Below, one piece after another: positions 7,536 through 17,175 of a stretch of 23,031 nucleotides of DNA. Position 1 is the stretch's first letter. Each line of letters begins with the position of its first letter. The stretch is from the NCBI GenBank assembly GCA_043767805.1, contig JAYUGC010000164.1:1-23031 (forward strand). Reading direction: 5' to 3'. Below the pieces are notes generated by a model, which did no database searches, was not told where the DNA came from, and was given only the letters and a program-made list of their open reading frames with translations. The stretch is from Pseudomonadota bacterium. Lineage in GTDB: Bacteria > Bdellovibrionota > FAC87 > UBA2466. The position numbers and the translations under genes were made by a program.

Positions 7536-10500
7536 CTATGGTTTGTAACGTCCGCCGTCGCCCATGTAAGGGTTGCCGGTTTCAGTAAAATCGGTGCCTC
7601 CCCAAATCATCATGTAGCCAGCTCCCCACACGGCAGTATGCTGGAACCGGCGGCGGCCCGGAAAGGGCGTTCCGACCACGTTCGTGGGTCCCCAAATATT
7701 CGTGAACGGGTTAAACATCACTCCGAAGTCATCGCCCCAATAAATGATTTGAGAGCTGGTCCACACCTGGGTTGAGAGACTAAACACGCGGGTGTTGGAA
7801 GGCGGCGTGTAGGCGGCCATTGCGGTCCAGACCCTCGTGGTCGGATTGTAGATCCCGCCTGTATTGGGAGGATTCGCGGTGCCCCCAAAGACCACCATTC
7901 GCGTACTCGCCCAGGTAGCGAGGCATTCTCGACGTTCAGAGGGGAGGGTGCCGGTGTAAGTCGTATCCCACGCGTCGGTGCCGGGAGTGTACTCTCCAAA
8001 AATCTGAGTACCGCCCGAGGCGGTATTCGATCCTCCAAAGACGATCATCTTTGTGCCCGTCCATACGCCACAAGGAGAATGGGGCGAATTGGGATAAATT
8101 GAGACCGGGTAGGGCCCTCTTGCCATGGTCGTCCACTGTTTGGTCGTAGGATCGTACTGACCGCCGAGGGGGAAGTCGTAATATTGTACGGCGTAAAAGT
8201 AGGAATGCATGCCTCCGAAGATGAGCATCTTAGAACCCGTCCAAAAGGCGATGTGCATAGATCTTTCCGACGGCACATTGGCTCCCGTGCCAGTGGCCGT
8301 CCAGGAATCGGAGGTCATCGTGTATTCTCCGCCGGTATTCGTGTCTCCGTAGTAGGCGTGGTCGTCGATTCCGCCCCAAATAATCATCTTGGTTCCCGTC
8401 CAGACAGCGGTGTGACCGTATCTTCCCTTTGGAGCGCCGGTCTCCGTTACCGCAGACCAAGAATCCGAAACAGGACTGTAGAGGGCACCGGTAGCTAGCT
8501 TTGCGCTTCCCGCCACGCCTCCCCAAATAATCATGCGAGAGCCGGTCCAAATCGCGGTGTGACCAACTCTTGCCGACGGAGCTCCCGAGGACGCCATCGT
8601 GAACCAAGTGGAATCCGAATAGGTATAAGCTACTTTGGAATGGCTCTGCCCGTTGGGATTGGTCACCGCCACGCTGATGGCGCCATAGGCGTGCGAGGGC
8701 GTTCTTCCGGTAATTTGGGAAGAGCTGACGAAAGTAAGTGACGTGAGCGGCAGGCCGTCAAAAGTGACGGTGGCACCCGAAACGAAATTACTGCCAGAGA
8801 CCGTGACGGCGGTGTTACCCGCGGAAGGACCGGTGGCGGGACTGACTGAATTGACGACTGGTGTCGCATAATAGGTATAGCCATTGGTAAGCGTGCCAGA
8901 CCCGATGGAAGGGGTTGTCATTACTACGTCCACAGTGGCCGGAGTGTGGCCAGCGGTAATGGCTCTCATCTCAGTGGATGAAATAAAGGTCGGCGATCCG
9001 GTCTGAATGACTCCGCCGATAGAAATGGCGGTGTTAGAGGCAAAGTTTGCTCCGTAGATCGTGACAGCGGTGCCCCCGTTACTGGTTCCTGAGCTCGGTG
9101 TTATGCTGCCGATGGAAGGAGCCGTTTGGTAAGTGAAGCCGTTCGTGAGAGTACCGCTTCCATAAGTGGTCGTAGCAACGACGTCCACAGCGCCAAGAGC
9201 GTGAGGTCCAGTTGCGCAACTTAGTCTAGTGGCGCTTAAGACGGTCAGTCCGCTGCAGTTTACCCCGCCTATGCTCACGGTCATGCCAGCTTCATAACCC
9301 TTTCCACTTAGAGTGACTGCAGTTCCGCCCGCGATAGGACCCCCGTTCGGAAAAATGCTCGTTACTGTGGGGGCAGTGCCGTTGTAGGTGTAGGCGTTCG
9401 TACCGGTGCCGACTTGGTTATCCTGGTTGGTAACCACGACATTCACGGCGCCGGCGTAATGGGCCTGTGTCGTTGCCGTCACGGTTGTCGCGTTTACGTA
9501 AGCATAGCTAATGGCGATCGTCCCACCGAAGGTCACTGAAGAAAGGCTTGGTAAGAATCCCGTGCCGGTGATGGTGACGTCAGTTCCTCCGTGAGAGGTC
9601 CCATTGTTTGGGTTCACTGAGGAGACGGTAGGAGCCGCTTGATAGGTATACCCGTTGGTTAGAGTACCGGTCTGCGAGTCGGGGTTGGTAACGACGACAT
9701 TTACGGTGGCTGCCGATCTTGCCCCGGTGGTGCAACGAAGTTGATAAGCCGCATCGAAGAGGACAGTGCCGCATGCCGCTCCGCCTATGCTCACCGTCGC
9801 GCCTGAGACGAAGTTGGTTCCGCCAATCGTTACGGACTGTCCGCCCGCCGTCGGTCCCCCAGTTTTGTTAATGTAGCTTATCGCGGGCGCAGCCCTGTAG
9901 AGGTAAGCGTTGGCTAAGAATCCGTCGACCCCGTTCGGGTTTGAGACTGTGATAGTGATGTAGCCGGGGACGGTAGTGGAAGGGTTTCCGTTACAAACTA
10001 GGGTAGTGGCATTGGTGAAAGTCACGGACGTGCAACTTTTTCCGCCGAAGTTGATAGTGGCTCCGCTTACAAAATTAGTTCCGGTGATCGTGACGTTTTG
10101 GCCGCCGGCAAGGGGACCGCTGCTCGCTGAGGCACTCACCACTGTCGGAGGGCCCGCGTAGGTGTAACCATTGGTCAGCGTGGAACTCTGTCCGTCGGGA
10201 TTGGTAATTACCACGTTCACGGCTCCCGCCGCGTGCGCCGGCGTCGTGCACTTGTAGGTATCTTGTGCCTGAAAGATCGAATTCGTGCAGGCACTTCCGC
10301 CCAGAGTAATCGTTGCGCCATATCGGAAGCTCGTTCCGGTTAGAGTGACCGGGGTAAAGCCGCCGGTAGTTCCCGTTGAGGGGGAAATCGAAGTGAGTGA
10401 AGGACCGGCTACATAGATGAAGCCATTGGCCAGGTTTCCGACTTCGCCGCTTACGGTGACGTTCACGTCCACGTTGCCTGCGGTATGGGCGGTAGTCGTG

Positions 10501-11523
10501 CAAGTGACCCTCGTAGAATTGACGAAGGTCAGCGAGCCGCAGTTAGAGCCCCCTAAACTTGCAGAGGTCTGGCCACTGACGAATCCGGTACCGTCAATGG
10601 TAACCGGTGTGCCGCCGGCCACCGCTCCGGTTGAAGGAGTGATGGATGTTACGCCTGGAACGGTGAGAAAAACGCCGTCCGCCACGCGGATCTTGTTGAT
10701 AAGGCCGCCCGTATACGAGCCAATCGTTCCCCGTCCTACGGCGTAAATATAGAGAGTGTCGCCGAAGTACGATCCGCCGTTGAGTACGTCGTCACTGGAA
10801 CCGACGGGATGAACGCTCAGCCCATCGCCATCGAAGTTCGTGTCCGGCACTCCGGAGGCGCCCAGGCGAACGGCCAGCGCATCGTAGTTCGTTCCGTTGT
10901 AGGCGGTGCCCACACTCAGGAATTTACCGCCGGTCACGTCTTGAATCGACGAATTCAAGATGCAGTCTTTCGTCGGCGACGCGCCGTCGTGACTGATGAT
11001 CGTAATTCCCTGATTGTCTATTCCGCCCGTAATGGTCACCTTTCCCCAGGAGCTCAGCAAGTTTCCTGTCGTAGGATGTACGGCGACGACAGCGCATCTC
11101 CAGGGAGGAGTAGAGTCGTTGACTCGATTTCCGCCGACGACGATGATCGTATCTCCGACCCGAGAAATTCCTGCGGGTACGGAGTCGGTACCGCCGCCGG
11201 CCGCGGCGAAGTTCACCGCGGTTCCCCAGGGGCTACCGCTTGCGGTCAAAGTGCTGTCGAAACGGTGGACGTAGAAGTTATTTGTACCCGTCGTTTCCGT
11301 ACTCGCCGTGTAAACGTAGCCAGCGTCATGGTAGGCGATGCCGACGGCTGTACCGTCGATTCCGCTCAGGGTGGTGGAGTTACCGAGCGTCCCGTTCGTG
11401 GCGTCGTAGGAAGCAACGAACGGATGTCATCTCGATGCCGTCAAAACGGGGATCGGCCGAGCCAACGGAGGCCCAAAGTAAAAGGCAAAGAAGCGAAATG
11501 AATTTCCTAATGATTGTAGGCAT
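7536..11523 (-). pseudogene. Large secreted surface protein (N-terminal beta-propeller-like repeats, 8 IPT/TIG domains, 7 Kelch-like repeats); signal peptide out of frame with the body
   Basis: The main frame is open from 11426 to 7536, with 8 repeats of PxVxSIxPxxGxxxGGxxVTIxGxxF and 7 of HTAVWTGxxMIIWGG type. ATG 11523 encodes MPTIIRKFISLLCLLLWASVGSA in another frame that stops at 11382-11380. The main frame has TGA at 11429-11427. Confidence 0.85.
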
Positions 11524-11693
11524 GAAAGAGCTCTGACGTACTGCAATGACAAGAGGGCTTGTCCTCTGATCTTATCGGTAAAGCGTGGTCCGTTCATCCC
11601 CCTAGCCACTAAGTGCCCGTAACCAAACGGAATATAAGAAAACGAGTGGACGCACGATCTAGCAGCCGAGTAAAAGTTTGTGCGGGATTTCAG

Positions 11694-12632
11694 CTAGATG
11701 CGGGCGGGAATTTTGGGCTTCGACGTCAGCTTCAAAAAGACGTGCTCGAGGCTCGCCTCTTTCGTCTCGACGTCTACGACAGGGGTACCGTGGGTGAATA
11801 GGGCGCGAAGAACCTCCGCCGATTCTTCCGAACGGGAGAGACTGAACTCCAAAGTCATCCCGTCGGTGGAAACGCGCGGCTTCCAGCGAGCCACCGTTTC
11901 AGGAAGCGCCGAGCGCTCGCCGAGACGAAGCCTGAGTGTGCGCTTGTCGAGCCGACCCATCAGATTTTTCGTCGTGTCCAAAGCCACGAGCGCGCCATCG
12001 TTCATGATGCCGATGCGGTCGCACATCTCTTCGGCTTCTTCCAAGTAGTGAGTCGTGAGTAAAATCGTGGTTCCGCCCGCGCGGATTTCTCGCGCGAACT
12101 CCCAAAGCCCTTTGCGCAGTTCCACGTCCACTCCGGCCGTGGGCTCGTCCAAGATGAGGAGCTGCGGACGATGGACGAGGGCCTTGGCGATCATGAACCG
12201 GCGTTTCATGCCGCCGGACAGACGGTTCATCTTCTTATTGATGTGGGGTCTCAAGGCCAGGCGATCCAAAAGGGTATCGCGCCAAGCCGGGACATCTTCC
12301 ACTCCGAAGTAACCGGATTGGAGCCGGAGGGCTTCCCCCACGGTGAAGTAGGGATCGATGACGATTTCCTGATGAACGACCCCGATGAGTCTCCGCGTGA
12401 TCCGGTAGTCCTTCACGTTATCGTGGCCGAAAACCGCAACGGACCCGCCACCCATGCGGCAAACGCCGGTGATCAGATTGATGGTGGTGCTCTTTCCGGC
12501 GCCGTTCGGCCCCAGTAAGCCGAAGATCTCGCCCGGTTGGACGTCCAAGTCAAAATTCTTAACCACGGGAGCGCCGCCGAAAGACTTCGTGAGATGGCGA
12601 ACTTTTAAGGCTGGTTGGGCTGACTCCGCCAT
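11694..12632 (-). CDS. ABC-2 type transporter ATP-binding protein (YadG-like)
   Basis: Walker A GPNGAGKST, signature LSGGMKRR, Walker B LILDEPTAGVD, H-loop TTHYLEEAE; start placed at MAESAQP (12632). Confidence 0.95.
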   Translation of the reverse strand: MAESAQPALKVRHLTKSFGGAPVVKNFDLDVQPGEIFGLLGPNGAGKSTTINLITGVCRMGGGSVAVFGHDNVKDYRITRRLIGVVHQEIVIDPYFTVGEALRLQSGYFGVEDVPAWRDTLLDRLALRPHINKKMNRLSGGMKRRFMIAKALVHRPQLLILDEPTAGVDVELRKGLWEFAREIRAGGTTILLTTHYLEEAEEMCDRIGIMNDGALVALDTTKNLMGRLDKRTLRLRLGERSALPETVARWKPRVSTDGMTLEFSLSRSEESAEVLRALFTHGTPVVDVETKEASLEHVFLKLTSKPKIPARI

Positions 12633-12638
12633 CGGCCC

Positions 12639-12666
12639 ATTATAGGGGGGTCGATTGATGCCGCAA
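12639..12666 (-). promoter_or_regulatory. sigma70 promoter of the ABC ATPase gene (leaderless geometry)
   Basis: TTGCGG-N16-TATAAT-N6-ATG on the minus strand; no SD before ATG 12632. Confidence 0.65.
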
Positions 12667-12758
12667 AGCGTAATAATTCCTTGATCTAAACGAATGTCTT
12701 TAGGCATACTGCGCGGCGCTAAACAGGCATTAGGTTTTTGTATTTCAGGAGTCCAGAA

Positions 12759-13853
12759 ATGAAAGTCATTCAGTCTTTGGCCTTAGTGGGCCTTTTCCTC
12801 GGAAGCCTCGCTTCCGCCGCCTCCTTCGAAGGCACTTCCGTCACTCAAGTGATTGAGCGTACCGGAAAGAATCTTCAGGGAGACGACACCCGCGCCTTTT
12901 CCCTGACCTCGGAAATTTATCGCGTCACCACCCGCCGGGAAGTCGTCCCGGAACTGGTTTGGGATTGCGAAGACAGCGCCCCTGCCGACGGCACTCACGG
13001 CGACTGGAAAGGTTTTTTCGAAGCGACCAAAGAAGACAAGCCCTACCGTCTGGCCGATGCCGTTAAGGGAATTGGCGTAGAGACGGCTCGCCGGCTCATC
13101 AACGACGGCTACTTCAATAATAAGCCGCGCTCGTGGAAGGAGTTCAAAAACCGCATGAGCGATGCGGATGCCGAGTACCAAACGGGCTTCTCCAACGAAG
13201 TCATCGTGAAATTCGGCAAAGAGAACGCCGTCAACCTCGGTTACATCGTCGAAGGACAATGCGGTTACAAAACCGTGATGATCGAGCGGCTCGTGCCCGT
13301 GCGCAGCTTCGTGCGCAACGAAGTCCGTCAGTATCAGGTGCGGCTGCAAAACGCCCCGTTGCTGGCCGGTGAGACGGAAAAGATCACCGTCACCTTCGAC
13401 GGCGTGGAAGATAGCATTTACGTCAATTCTTTCTATAACGACTATAAGGTCGATCGCTGGAATCAAAACGGCGGTGTGGTGTTCGATTTGGCGGGCGCGC
13501 GCAAGCAGGTGCGTCCCGACAATACCTTGAATCTCGCGGCGACGGTGAATGCGGGTAATCTCGCGGTCAGCCTCTCCGACGGGGGCTTCGACGGAGACGT
13601 CTCCGCTCTCGAAGATCGTTTCGTAGTTGGTAAGGTGCAACTCGATAAGCGCGCTTGGAAGAGCAATGTCGACCTCGCGACGTTCGATCAGCCTCTTTCC
13701 AAAACGTCCAGCGTGACGACACTGAACAACCTCGGGATTTCGGTCCCGGCCGGTGAGAGCCTCGTCATTTATTACCAAATTCGGGTCGGCAGCAGCCGTT
13801 TTCACAACGGTGAACCCAGTTCCTCGAAGAAGTTGAAGCTGAAGCTGAACTAG
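12759..13853 (+). CDS. Secreted hypothetical protein with an internal helix-hairpin-helix motif
   Basis: AGGAG SD 7 nt before ATG 12759; signal peptide MKVIQSLALVGLFLGSLASA; LADAVKGIGVETARRL matches the HhH consensus (xLPGIGxxxAxxI); strongly biased codon usage. Confidence 0.85.
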   Translation: MKVIQSLALVGLFLGSLASAASFEGTSVTQVIERTGKNLQGDDTRAFSLTSEIYRVTTRREVVPELVWDCEDSAPADGTHGDWKGFFEATKEDKPYRLADAVKGIGVETARRLINDGYFNNKPRSWKEFKNRMSDADAEYQTGFSNEVIVKFGKENAVNLGYIVEGQCGYKTVMIERLVPVRSFVRNEVRQYQVRLQNAPLLAGETEKITVTFDGVEDSIYVNSFYNDYKVDRWNQNGGVVFDLAGARKQVRPDNTLNLAATVNAGNLAVSLSDGGFDGDVSALEDRFVVGKVQLDKRAWKSNVDLATFDQPLSKTSSVTTLNNLGISVPAGESLVIYYQIRVGSSRFHNGEPSSSKKLKLKLN

Positions 13854-13900
13854 GAGCGGAAGTGGTAAGAGCTAAACGCTGTAGCTGAAGTGAATCGCCT

Positions 13901-14662
13901 TTAAACGTAGCCCGTAATCCTATAGATCCCTGAGAGAGGCACCGCCGGCGCCTCACTACAAATCGTATCCATGAACACATGCGCCGCCCGCGGTAAAGCC
14001 GCGTACAGCGCCGCCGTATTCGCGGGCTCGTTCTCAAACGAAGCGGCCACAGTTCCGAGTGGCACACGCTTCGCGATTGCCTTCACCTTGTGCTCGCTGT
14101 CTCCCGACTGATCTTCCTTGAGCCAGATGTCCTCGCCCGAGCGCACGGGAAAGCAATCTCGTTTCAAATTTTCCCGCGTGCCGAGGCCCATGACCTTTTC
14201 ATCGCGGGCACTCAAATAGATGAGCCGAGCGCCAGTGGCGGCCAGCCGCTGACAAAATTCCGGAGCCCCGGCGTAGGGAGCGTCGTGCGCCATGAACTCG
14301 TTTGAAAAAAATCTCGGCCACCAGGTTTCCCGCAGTAGCTTTAGCGAGTCCGTCCACTGCGGATCTTCGGGAAAGAGCCCGTTCAAGCGAAAGGTGTCTC
14401 TCAAGGAAAATCCCATGTGCGGCTCCTCGAGACTTTCCAAAAGCCGTAGGGCGGCTTCCGGGATCTTGTCTTTCAAATCGGGCGCGAGCGCTCTCAAGAC
14501 GGCGCGGGTGCGAGGGGCGTTGCGGTAGAGCGTGTGATCCAAATCGAGCAAAACGACAGGCTGCTTCGCCCGGCCAATGCGCGCGATGACCTCGTCCAGA
14601 ACCTCGGTATTGGTTCCTCTCTCGAAACGGCAGGCATCAATCCAGGCTCGGCGCGCTAACAC
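13901..14662 (-). CDS. HAD-superfamily hydrolase (phosphatase-like)
   Basis: Motif I VVLLDLDHT, motif II IYLSAR, Lys in EHK, motif IV variant FENEPAN. Start placed at GTG 14662 because the longer ORF overlaps copA. Confidence 0.8.
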   Translation of the reverse strand: MLARRAWIDACRFERGTNTEVLDEVIARIGRAKQPVVLLDLDHTLYRNAPRTRAVLRALAPDLKDKIPEAALRLLESLEEPHMGFSLRDTFRLNGLFPEDPQWTDSLKLLRETWWPRFFSNEFMAHDAPYAGAPEFCQRLAATGARLIYLSARDEKVMGLGTRENLKRDCFPVRSGEDIWLKEDQSGDSEHKVKAIAKRVPLGTVAASFENEPANTAALYAALPRAAHVFMDTICSEAPAVPLSGIYRITGYV

Positions 14663-14716
14663 GGGAGCTATCCTAGCATGGAGGCCGCCGAAGTTTTTCG
14701 TGATAAAACTATTGGT

Positions 14717-16852
14717 ATGGAGCACCCTCCGCATTGCCATCATCATCCCCAAGCGCCCGCGAAGCCGAGCCCGCCGCTGGTGCCAACCTCAAGTTCCGGG
14801 ACTTGGACTTGTCCGATGCATCCCGAGATCAGGGAGATGCGCCCCGGGGCTTGCCCAAAATGCGGGATGGCTCTGGAGCGAGCCACGGTCTCCTTGGAGG
14901 ATGGCACCGCAGCGGAAGCCGCCGACATGAAACGCCGCTTTTGGATCGGCGCTGTTCTCACCGTCCCCGTTCTCTTTCTGAATATGCGGCCGGACGGCGG
15001 CGTGATTTCCGCTGTCCTTTGCGCTCCCGTGGTTTTTTGGGCGGGCTGGCCGTTTCTCCAGCGGGGATGGGACTCGATTCGGCATCGATCGCCCAACATG
15101 TTCACTTTGATTTCCTTGGGCACGCTTGCGGCTTACTTCTATAGCTTGGCGGCGATTCTCTTTCCTGGCGGTTTTCCCTCCGTATTGAGCGCGGGGCATG
15201 GGCACATCCCTCTCTATTTCGAAGCGGCGGCGATGGTGACCGTGCTCGTGCTTCTCGGGCAAGTTCTCGAGCTAGGTGCCCGAAAGAAAACCGGGGACGC
15301 TCTGCGATCGCTTTTAAAGCTCGCGCCCACGACGGCGTTTCGGCGCGCGGCGGAGGGGACGTTTCAGGAAATACCCCTCCAGGACGTGCGAGTTGGGGAC
15401 GTATTGCAAGTTCGCCCAGGGGACCACGTGCCGGTGGACGGCAAAGTGCGCGAGGGTAAGACTTTCGTAGACGAATCGATGGTGACCGGCGAGCCCGTCC
15501 CGGTCTCGAAGGGGCCGGGAGACGGGGTGACCGCGGGAACCGTGAATGGCTCGGGGAGTTTCGAGCTGACGGCGGAACGAGTCGGCGACGCCACGCTACT
15601 CGCGCGCATCGTGCAAAGTGTCGCGGGAGCGCAACGAAGCCAGGCGCCGAGCCAAAAGCTCGCCGACAGGGTGTCTTATTATTTCGTGCCCGCGGTGGTG
15701 GGGACGGCCATTGTGACGTTTTTCATTTGGATGAGTTTTGGTCCCGAGCCCCGCCTGGCATTTGCCGTGGTGAGCGCGGTCTCGGTGCTCATCATCGCGT
15801 GCCCTTGTGCTTTAGGACTCGCGACTCCCATGGCGGTGATGGTCGCCATGGGTAGAGCGGCGTCCGCGGGCGTGCTTTTTAGAAACGCGGAAGCCTTGGA
15901 GCGACTCGCCTCCATCGACGTCCTTGTCGTCGACAAGACGGGAACGCTTACCGAAGGGTATCCTCGCGTTACCGCGGTGAAACCAGCCAAAGGGTTTTCC
16001 GAAGCGGAGGTGCTCAGATGGGCGGGAGCGCTGGCTTCGAAGAGCGAGCATCCTCTGTCTTCCGCGATTTCTCAGTATGCGGGAGGCGGAGCTGCGGCGT
16101 TGGAAGCCTTCGAATCAATTCCCGGGGAGGGGGTGCGCGCGCTCTTTGAGGGACGAAAGCTCGCGCTTGGGCGAGACACTTTCGTCAGTCAAACCCGGCC
16201 GGACACGGAAAGTATTTTTGGCGTCGAGGCGGGGGCAAGCACGCACGTTTTTCTTGGCGTCGAAGGAGCGCTCGCCGCGAGACTTAGTCTTACCGACGCC
16301 ATCAAAACCGGAACTCGGGTGGCGCTCGACGAAATGCGCGCCCAAGGCGTTCAAGTCTGCATGCTGACCGGCGATCGTTTGGCGACCGCGAAAGCCGTGG
16401 CCTCCGAGCTCGGCATCGAGACTTTCGTCGCGGGCATACTCCCCGAAGAAAAGCTCAGCTACGTGAGACGGCTTCAAAAGCAAGGCCACCGTGTCGCCAT
16501 GGCGGGAGACGGCATCAACGACGCTCCCGCTTTGAGTCAGGCGGAGGTCGGAATTGCCATGGGGACCGGATCGGGAATCGCCTTGGAGAGCGCCTCGGTG
16601 ACGCTCATTCAGGGAGACTTAAAGGGCATCGGCCGCGCCCGTAAGGTGAGCCGCGCGGCGGTCCGCAACATGAAGCAAAATCTATGGCTCGCGTTTCTCT
16701 ACAATGGCCTCGGGGTTCCGATCGCGGCGGGCGTGCTCTATCCTTTCACGGGGATCCTCTTAAATCCGATGTTCGCGGGCGCGGCCATGAGCCTCAGCTC
16801 GGTCTCGGTCATTGCCAATGCGCTGAGGCTCCGGCGGCTTCGCGTTGTCTAG
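14717..16852 (+). CDS. copA: Copper-translocating P1B-1 type ATPase
   Basis: His-rich N-terminus; CPMHP...CPKCGM metal-binding domain; TGE, CPC, DKTGT, HP, GDGIND, YN and MxxSS motifs. Confidence 0.95.
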   Translation: MEHPPHCHHHPQAPAKPSPPLVPTSSSGTWTCPMHPEIREMRPGACPKCGMALERATVSLEDGTAAEAADMKRRFWIGAVLTVPVLFLNMRPDGGVISAVLCAPVVFWAGWPFLQRGWDSIRHRSPNMFTLISLGTLAAYFYSLAAILFPGGFPSVLSAGHGHIPLYFEAAAMVTVLVLLGQVLELGARKKTGDALRSLLKLAPTTAFRRAAEGTFQEIPLQDVRVGDVLQVRPGDHVPVDGKVREGKTFVDESMVTGEPVPVSKGPGDGVTAGTVNGSGSFELTAERVGDATLLARIVQSVAGAQRSQAPSQKLADRVSYYFVPAVVGTAIVTFFIWMSFGPEPRLAFAVVSAVSVLIIACPCALGLATPMAVMVAMGRAASAGVLFRNAEALERLASIDVLVVDKTGTLTEGYPRVTAVKPAKGFSEAEVLRWAGALASKSEHPLSSAISQYAGGGAAALEAFESIPGEGVRALFEGRKLALGRDTFVSQTRPDTESIFGVEAGASTHVFLGVEGALAARLSLTDAIKTGTRVALDEMRAQGVQVCMLTGDRLATAKAVASELGIETFVAGILPEEKLSYVRRLQKQGHRVAMAGDGINDAPALSQAEVGIAMGTGSGIALESASVTLIQGDLKGIGRARKVSRAAVRNMKQNLWLAFLYNGLGVPIAAGVLYPFTGILLNPMFAGAAMSLSSVSVIANALRLRRLRVV

Positions 16853-16867
16853 GAACGAGTCAGGTTA

Positions 16868-16891
16868 AATCGCTCAAACCTTTAAGCGATT
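16868..16891 (+). terminator. Possible hairpin after copA (weak terminator or protein-binding dyad)
   Basis: AATCGCT-N10-AGCGATT inverted repeat 15 nt after the stop codon; no U-tract. Confidence 0.3.
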
Positions 16892-16911
16892 CCCAAACGG
16901 GCATTACGATC

Positions 16912-17083
16912 GTCTAAAAGTTCGACGCGAAATAGGGATGAACTACGCTCAAACTCCCGAAACTAGAAGCAAAGGACGAAAAAGGGTCACGGAGGCGGGT
17001 AACCGTCCAAGAATCGGACGGTCTAAAATCAGATTCGCGCTCTGGAATTTTCAATCGGTAAAACAATCGTCTGGAACTTCGCC
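16912..17083. promoter_or_regulatory. Array of GTC-N9-GAC-type dyads, candidate enhancer sites
   Basis: GTCTAAAAGTTCGAC (16912), GTCCAAGAATCGGAC (17005), GTCTAAAATCAGAT (17021, degenerate), GTCTGGAACTTCGCC (17069). Confidence 0.45.
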
Positions 17084-17113
17084 ATTTTTCATAATGGGAT
17101 CAAAGCTGGTGAC

Positions 17114-17130
17114 TCGGCCGTGCGGTTGCA
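17114..17130 (+). promoter_or_regulatory. Putative sigma54 (-24/-12) promoter
   Basis: TCGGCCGTGCGGTTGCA has GG(17116-17117)-N10-GC(17128-17129) with TTGCA, ending 45 nt upstream of ATG 17176. Confidence 0.55.
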
Positions 17131-17175
17131 ATGAATAGTCTCATCGCTTTTGCCTGTGGTCCGTCGGAGGGTGGC

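Noticed and set aside
7536..8600. Kelch-coding repeats as a CRISPR array or DGR variable/template repeat pair
   Set aside because: The repeats are degenerate, in-frame protein repeats; no identical repeats with spacers, no adenine-specific mismatch pair noticed, and no reverse transcriptase or cas gene.
11427..11609. TGA read-through (Sec/Trp) joining ORF 11427..11609 to the giant ORF
   Set aside because: The upstream in-frame peptide is not signal-like, whereas the alternative frame from ATG 11523 is; TGA is a normal stop elsewhere in the window.
7513..11720. Target-site duplication or terminal inverted repeats around the inserted gene
   Set aside because: Only a 4-nt CGTC match near the two junctions, which is expected by chance; no recombinase gene in the window.
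12783..13805. 340-aa antisense ORF (similarly 2155..2925, 19302..20126, 20223..20942)
   Set aside because: These lie opposite well-supported genes with biased codon usage and have no motifs of their own.
14663..14752. Long N-terminal extensions making the HAD and copA ORFs overlap
   Set aside because: Starts at GTG 14662 and ATG 14717 remove the overlap and leave promoter-like elements between them.
16938..17138. 66-aa ORF in the copA downstream gap
   Set aside because: No recognisable protein features; it overlaps the dyad array and sigma54-like site, which explain the region better.
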